NCBI GenBank assembly: GCA_025362675.1
Contig: JANYFN010000306.1
Span: 1 to 62,594, forward strand
Reading direction: 5' to 3'
From: Limisphaerales bacterium
GTDB taxonomy: Bacteria > Verrucomicrobiota > Verrucomicrobiia > Limisphaerales > UBA11358
Length of the DNA stretch: 62,594 bases
Shown here: one piece after another, positions 58,438 through 62,594 of the stretch
How positions within the stretch are numbered: position 1 is the stretch's first letter
Layout of the letters: the number at the start of each line of letters is the position of its first letter
Position numbers and translations under genes: made by a program
The notes under the pieces: model-generated
Seen by the model: the letters and a program-made list of their open reading frames with translations, nothing else
Told to the model about the DNA's origin: nothing
The model's database searches: none

Positions 58438-58931
58438 ATCAACTCCGCGACAATTATTTTCGGAGCCATTGCACAACTGAAAAATAGCGCGTCCGGTGGG
58501 GATTCGAGAATGGCAAACTGGCTGGCGAGCAATGCCGGGGACAAGAAATGTCCGCGCCGTTTTTTGAGCCGTTCGGCAATCAAAGTTCGTGAGCCGGTGA
58601 GATGCACAAATTTTACATGAGGATTTTTTTTTGCCAGTGCCTCGCGGTATTTGGCTTTGAGCGCTGAGCAAGTAAGCACGGAAAATTCTTTTTTAGCCAA
58701 CGACGCAATGATGATTTTCCGCAATGATTGCAACCACTTCTTGCGGTCGGCATCCGTCAGTGGAATTCCCGCGCTCATCTTGGCCACGTTTTCCGGCGGA
58801 TGAAAATCATCGCCTTCGTAAAAGATCGCGCCGGTTTTTTCGGCGAACAGTTTTGCTACCGTCGTCTTGCCGCTGCCGGCCACGCCCATGAAAATCAAAA
58901 CTGTCGGACGGTTGGACGTCTGGCTCTTCAC
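58413..58931 (-). CDS. gntK: Gluconokinase
   Basis: MGVAGSGKTT, EGDDFHP..NVAKM..GIPLTDADR, CSALK, SQFAILE. Confidence 0.92.
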   Translation of the reverse strand: MKSQTSNRPTVLIFMGVAGSGKTTVAKLFAEKTGAIFYEGDDFHPPENVAKMSAGIPLTDADRKKWLQSLRKIIIASLAKKEFSVLTCSALKAKYREALAKKNPHVKFVHLTGSRTLIAERLKKRRGHFLSPALLASQFAILESPPDALFFSCAMAPKIIVAELIQALELVV

Positions 58932-59899
58932 ACAATTTTCAACTTAGGCAAATCTTGTGAATCAATCAGCCCAACCGGTTCGTTCTTCGCGTTCACGACG
59001 ATGAGGTCGTCAATGTTCCGTTCGTTGAAAATTTTCAAGGCTTCCACCGCGAGGGCGTTTTCCGAAATGCAAATCGGCTTTTGCGTCATCACTTTTTTGA
59101 GCGGCTGCGATAATAGATTTTCATTGGTGGCCATGTGTCGGCGGAAATCGCCATCGGTGAAAATGCCTGCGAGTTTGCCCCGCACATCCAACACCGCGAG
59201 GCTGCCGGACTTGGCGCGAGTCATCACGAGCAACGCTTCCTTGACCGAAAGATTTTCGCGCGCGATGGCATTGCGATCGCCGCTCCGCATGATGTCGCCG
59301 ACGCGCAGCAGCATCGCGCGGCCAATCGCGCCGCTAGGATGATACTTGGCAAAATCGCGTTGCGTGAAGCCACGCGCTTCCAAAACCGCCATCGCCAGCG
59401 CATCGCCCATGACGAGCATCGCCGTGGTGCTGCTCGTCGGCGCGAGGTTGAACGGGCACGCTTCCTTCGGCACCTTCACGTTGAGCGAAACATCGCTGTG
59501 TTTAGCCAGCGATGATTTTAGGTTGCCGGTGAAGGAAATAATTTTGACGGAAAACCGTTTCAGCGCGGGCAATAAATTCAACAATTCCTCCGACTCGCCG
59601 GAATAGCTCAAGGCGAGAATCACATCGCCGTCATTGATGATTCCGAGGTCGCCGTGCAGCGCATCCACGCTGTTGAGGACCACGGCGGTGGAGCCGGTGC
59701 TGGTGAGCGTGGCGGCGATTTTTGCGCCGACATTGCCGGACTTGCCGATGCCGATGATGACAATTTTGCCGCGCTGTTTCAGTGCGGCGACAATGATTTC
59801 AACGGCGGCATCAAATGTTTTATCCAACAGCGCGCGAACGGATTTTAGCGCAGCCAGTTCGATGTCAAAAACTTCACGGGCTTTGGCGAGGTGGCTCAC
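58928..59899 (-). CDS. kdsD: KpsF/GutQ arabinose-5-phosphate isomerase (SIS plus CBS)
   Basis: GIGKSG, HGDLG, EACPFNLAPTSST, HPSGAIG, FTDGDFRR. Confidence 0.92.
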   Translation of the reverse strand: MSHLAKAREVFDIELAALKSVRALLDKTFDAAVEIIVAALKQRGKIVIIGIGKSGNVGAKIAATLTSTGSTAVVLNSVDALHGDLGIINDGDVILALSYSGESEELLNLLPALKRFSVKIISFTGNLKSSLAKHSDVSLNVKVPKEACPFNLAPTSSTTAMLVMGDALAMAVLEARGFTQRDFAKYHPSGAIGRAMLLRVGDIMRSGDRNAIARENLSVKEALLVMTRAKSGSLAVLDVRGKLAGIFTDGDFRRHMATNENLLSQPLKKVMTQKPICISENALAVEALKIFNERNIDDLIVVNAKNEPVGLIDSQDLPKLKIV

Positions 59900-59949
59900 C
59901 CGGCAGCTTGCACACAAACCCGGAAAAAATTCAATCGTGAATCAAATCT

Positions 59950-60654
59950 TCAATTCCCGCCGCTGGCAGAAAATTGCTGTGTGATGCGCGTGAGCCGTTT
60001 ATTGTCCGCACGGATGCGGGAAGAAAGTGTGCGCGAGGTCGCTTGCAAAAATGGCGTGGCGAGACTCGGCGCCTCGCGCGTGAGCCGCTGAAATGCCCCG
60101 GAAGCAAGCCGGAGCACGGTGGCATTCGTGTTGGCGACGACATCTGCCGAACGCGGGCCTTGATCAAACAAAGCCATTTCGCCAAAAAAATCGCCGACGG
60201 TCAGCGTCGTCAAAATCGTTTCGCGACCGCCCACCATGGTGCGGACACGGACTTCGCCGCCCATGACGAGATACATGGCATCGCCAGCGTCGCCTTGATT
60301 GACAATGACGCTGTGCTGCTTGATGTCCTTGAGTTCAAGAAATTCCGCCAAGTGCGCGAGTTGGGCGTCGTTGAGTTCGGCGAGAATCTTGATGCGGCGC
60401 AGGGAGCCGGGCGTAAAACCTTTGCGTATCGGCGTGGTCGGAGCCAGATTTACTTCGACGCCAAAATAATTTTTCAACTCAGGAATCTCACTCGCCTTGA
60501 GCCAGCGGTTATCGTTGCGGGCAAACACCCAAGTGCCAGCCGAAACGCGTTCGTCGGCAATCCACTCGGCGAGAACCTTCAAGGGGACGGGGCCGTAAGG
60601 CGATTCATCAATGCCCCAGATGAAGTAACGGTTGGGAGAAAGTTCTGATTCCAT
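59950..60654 (-). CDS. GYF_2 (DUF4339)-like domain fused to a cyclic-nucleotide-binding domain
   Basis: YGPV....L.EWI...RV...TWV...W..ASEIPEL; GDFFGEMAL...PRSA. Confidence 0.82.
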   Translation of the reverse strand: MESELSPNRYFIWGIDESPYGPVPLKVLAEWIADERVSAGTWVFARNDNRWLKASEIPELKNYFGVEVNLAPTTPIRKGFTPGSLRRIKILAELNDAQLAHLAEFLELKDIKQHSVIVNQGDAGDAMYLVMGGEVRVRTMVGGRETILTTLTVGDFFGEMALFDQGPRSADVVANTNATVLRLASGAFQRLTREAPSLATPFLQATSRTLSSRIRADNKRLTRITQQFSASGGN

Positions 60655-60708
60655 GGCCCCTTTATTACCAACATTTTTAAGTTTTGCAAAAGGGAATTTA
60701 CCAGCCAC

Positions 60709-61770
60709 TCACTCGACGTTTGGGTAAGAACCCAGGATCTTCACGAAGTTGCAATGTTCGCCAAGTAACTTGATGGCTTTAGCCACTTTGGCATCTTGAA
60801 AATGACCGGCGCAATCAATGAAGAAAAAGTATTCCCACGCCTTGCGCTTGCTGGGGCGCGACTCAATTTTCGTCAGATTAATTTTCTGGCTGCGGAACGC
60901 GGCGAGCGCCGAGTGCAACGCGCCAGACTTATCGGCCACGCTGATCATCAGGCTCGTGCGGTCGTCGCCGGTCGGCGGACTGCAAGTGCGGCCCAAGACG
61001 ATGAAGCGCGTGACGTTGACGGAATTATCCTGGATGTCCTGCGCCAAAATTTTCAGCCCGTATTTCTCCGCCGCGAGCACGCCGCCGAGTGCCGCGCTGA
61101 ATTTTTCCTTCGCCGCCATTTCCGCCGAGCGCGCGTTGGAAGAAGTCTCGACGATCTCGATGCGCGGCAAATTTTTTGCGAGCCAGCCGCGACACTGCGC
61201 GAGCGACTGCGGATGCACGAATAATTTTTTTATTTTTGTGAGCGGTGAATTGCTCATCAGACATTGCTGGATGCGTAAAACAATCTGCGAAACGATTTTC
61301 AAATCGCTGTCCACGAACATATCCAGCGTGTGCGTGACGACGCCTTCCGTCGAATTTTCCACCGGCACCACGCCGTAATCCGCCGTGCGTTTACTGACTT
61401 CCGTGAACACATCGCCGATGGTTTTCTGCGCTGAATAATCCAGGCTCGCGCCGAATTTTTGGATCGCCGCCTGATGCGTGAACGTCGCCTCCGGTCCGAA
61501 ATACGCAATGGTCATCGTCTTTTCGAGCGCGAGCGCGCTGGACATGATTTCGCGATAAATCGAGCGCAGTTGTTCGTTCGTGATCGGCCCCGCGTTGTGA
61601 CCACAGACGCGATCGAACACGGCGCGTTCGCGATGCGGCGCGTAAATCTCCTCGCCCGCCGCGAGTTTGATTTCGCCGATAGCGAGCACATGGCGCGTGC
61701 GTTCGTTGAGCAAGCGGACGATTTGCGCGTCGAGTTTGTCAATCGCCTGACGATTTTCGGAGAGGCTCAT
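60709..61770 (-). CDS. pheA: Chorismate mutase / prephenate dehydratase (P-protein)
   Basis: RQAIDKLD..IV.LLNER, PVENSTEG, HPQSLAQC, NVTRF, TKIESRP. Confidence 0.96.
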   Translation of the reverse strand: MSLSENRQAIDKLDAQIVRLLNERTRHVLAIGEIKLAAGEEIYAPHRERAVFDRVCGHNAGPITNEQLRSIYREIMSSALALEKTMTIAYFGPEATFTHQAAIQKFGASLDYSAQKTIGDVFTEVSKRTADYGVVPVENSTEGVVTHTLDMFVDSDLKIVSQIVLRIQQCLMSNSPLTKIKKLFVHPQSLAQCRGWLAKNLPRIEIVETSSNARSAEMAAKEKFSAALGGVLAAEKYGLKILAQDIQDNSVNVTRFIVLGRTCSPPTGDDRTSLMISVADKSGALHSALAAFRSQKINLTKIESRPSKRKAWEYFFFIDCAGHFQDAKVAKAIKLLGEHCNFVKILGSYPNVE

Positions 61771-61987
61771 TTCAATCAAGCATGAAGAATTAGGGATAAA
61801 GAATCAAACCTGTTTCATGATCCGATGTTACAATCTTTTTTTACAATTCAAGTTTGCGCGGGCGTTGTGCCGGTCTCGCCAGTGCGCTGGCTTTGGTAGC
61901 TAGGCTCGACGTCTTTGAAATTATTTCAGATTCCATTTTACTCCGCGTTCAGGGTGCGTTAAATCATGCCCCCCGTTTCCCAAACAA

Positions 61988-62594
61988 ATGAACGAAGTTC
62001 ACATTCTAAAAATTGCCGGCGAACTAAAAGTTCAGCCGCGTCAGGTGCTCGCCACGGCCAAACTGTTCGCCGAGGGCGCCACGGTGCCTTTCATCTCGCG
62101 TTATCGCAAAGAGGCGACCGGCTCACTGGACGAAGTGGCGATCACGAGTATTCGCGAGCGTTTGCTGGGGCTGGCGGATTTGGATAGTCGCCGCGAAACA
62201 ATTTTAAAATCGCTCGCCGAGCGCAATCTGCTTTCGGATGCGTTGAAGGCGGCGGTGAATCAGGCGGATTCGGTGACGCAACTCGAAGATATTTATCTAC
62301 CGTATCGGCCCAAGCGCCGCACGCGCGCGACGATCGCGAAGGAGCAAGGGCTGGAGCCGCTCGCGGATATTTTATTCGCGCAGCAGGCCGCGACTGATCC
62401 GCTGGCGGAAGCGGCAAAATTTGTCAGCACAGAAAAAGGTGTTGCCGATGTGGCGGCGGCACTCGCCGGGGCGCGCGACATCATCGCTGAACGCGTGAAT
62501 GATGACGCGACGGCGCGGGCGAAATTGCGCGAACTCTTCTGGGCGGATGGCGTGGTGAAGTCGAAAGTGTTTTCCGAAAAACAGGAAGCCGCCG
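61988..62594 (+). CDS. tex: Tex family transcription accessory protein (5' part; runs off the window)
   Basis: Manual translation MNEVHILKIAGEL...EGATVPFISRYRKEATGSLDEV...LEDIYLPYRPKRRTRATIA. Confidence 0.93.
   Translation, partial: MNEVHILKIAGELKVQPRQVLATAKLFAEGATVPFISRYRKEATGSLDEVAITSIRERLLGLADLDSRRETILKSLAERNLLSDALKAAVNQADSVTQLEDIYLPYRPKRRTRATIAKEQGLEPLADILFAQQAATDPLAEAAKFVSTEKGVADVAAALAGARDIIAERVNDDATARAKLRELFWADGVVKSKVFSEKQEAA

Overview
A GC-rich bacterial chromosomal window that looks verrucomicrobial (Pedosphaera/Limisphaerales-like). This is inferred from a Minf_1886-family gene, a prepilin/H-X9-DG protein, a GYF_2 fusion and TN-rich secreted proteins. Housekeeping genes: rpsP-khpA-trmD-rplS, tlyA-nadK, folB, pfkA, pdxJ, rlmN, folE2, recF, trpS, gntK, kdsD, pheA, a partial tex, and tRNA-Glu(CTC). 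Large secreted modular proteins: an 8x Calx-beta protein, a PL9 lyase, a propeller/diheme-cytochrome fusion and a BNR-propeller/Ig/LamG protein. Mobile DNA: decayed IS3 and IS630 remnants and a decayed island with a Phd/RelE toxin-antitoxin pair beside the tRNA. Most unusual signals: (1) a GxxExxY nuclease-fold gene bounded by 26-bp inverted repeats, with an empty copy of the same repeat pair 1.2 kb away; (2) heptamer-based palindromes inserted in frame in two genes; (3) a tandem TMTC-like plus degenerate TMEM260/DUF2723-like glycosyltransferase pair, in a window whose secreted proteins are very rich in N-x-S/T sequons and share a C-terminal domain; (4) two degenerate 21-bp-period arrays; (5) a compositionally foreign domain module bracketed by TNVVP direct repeats. 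All family calls come from motif recognition by eye; no database searches were run.
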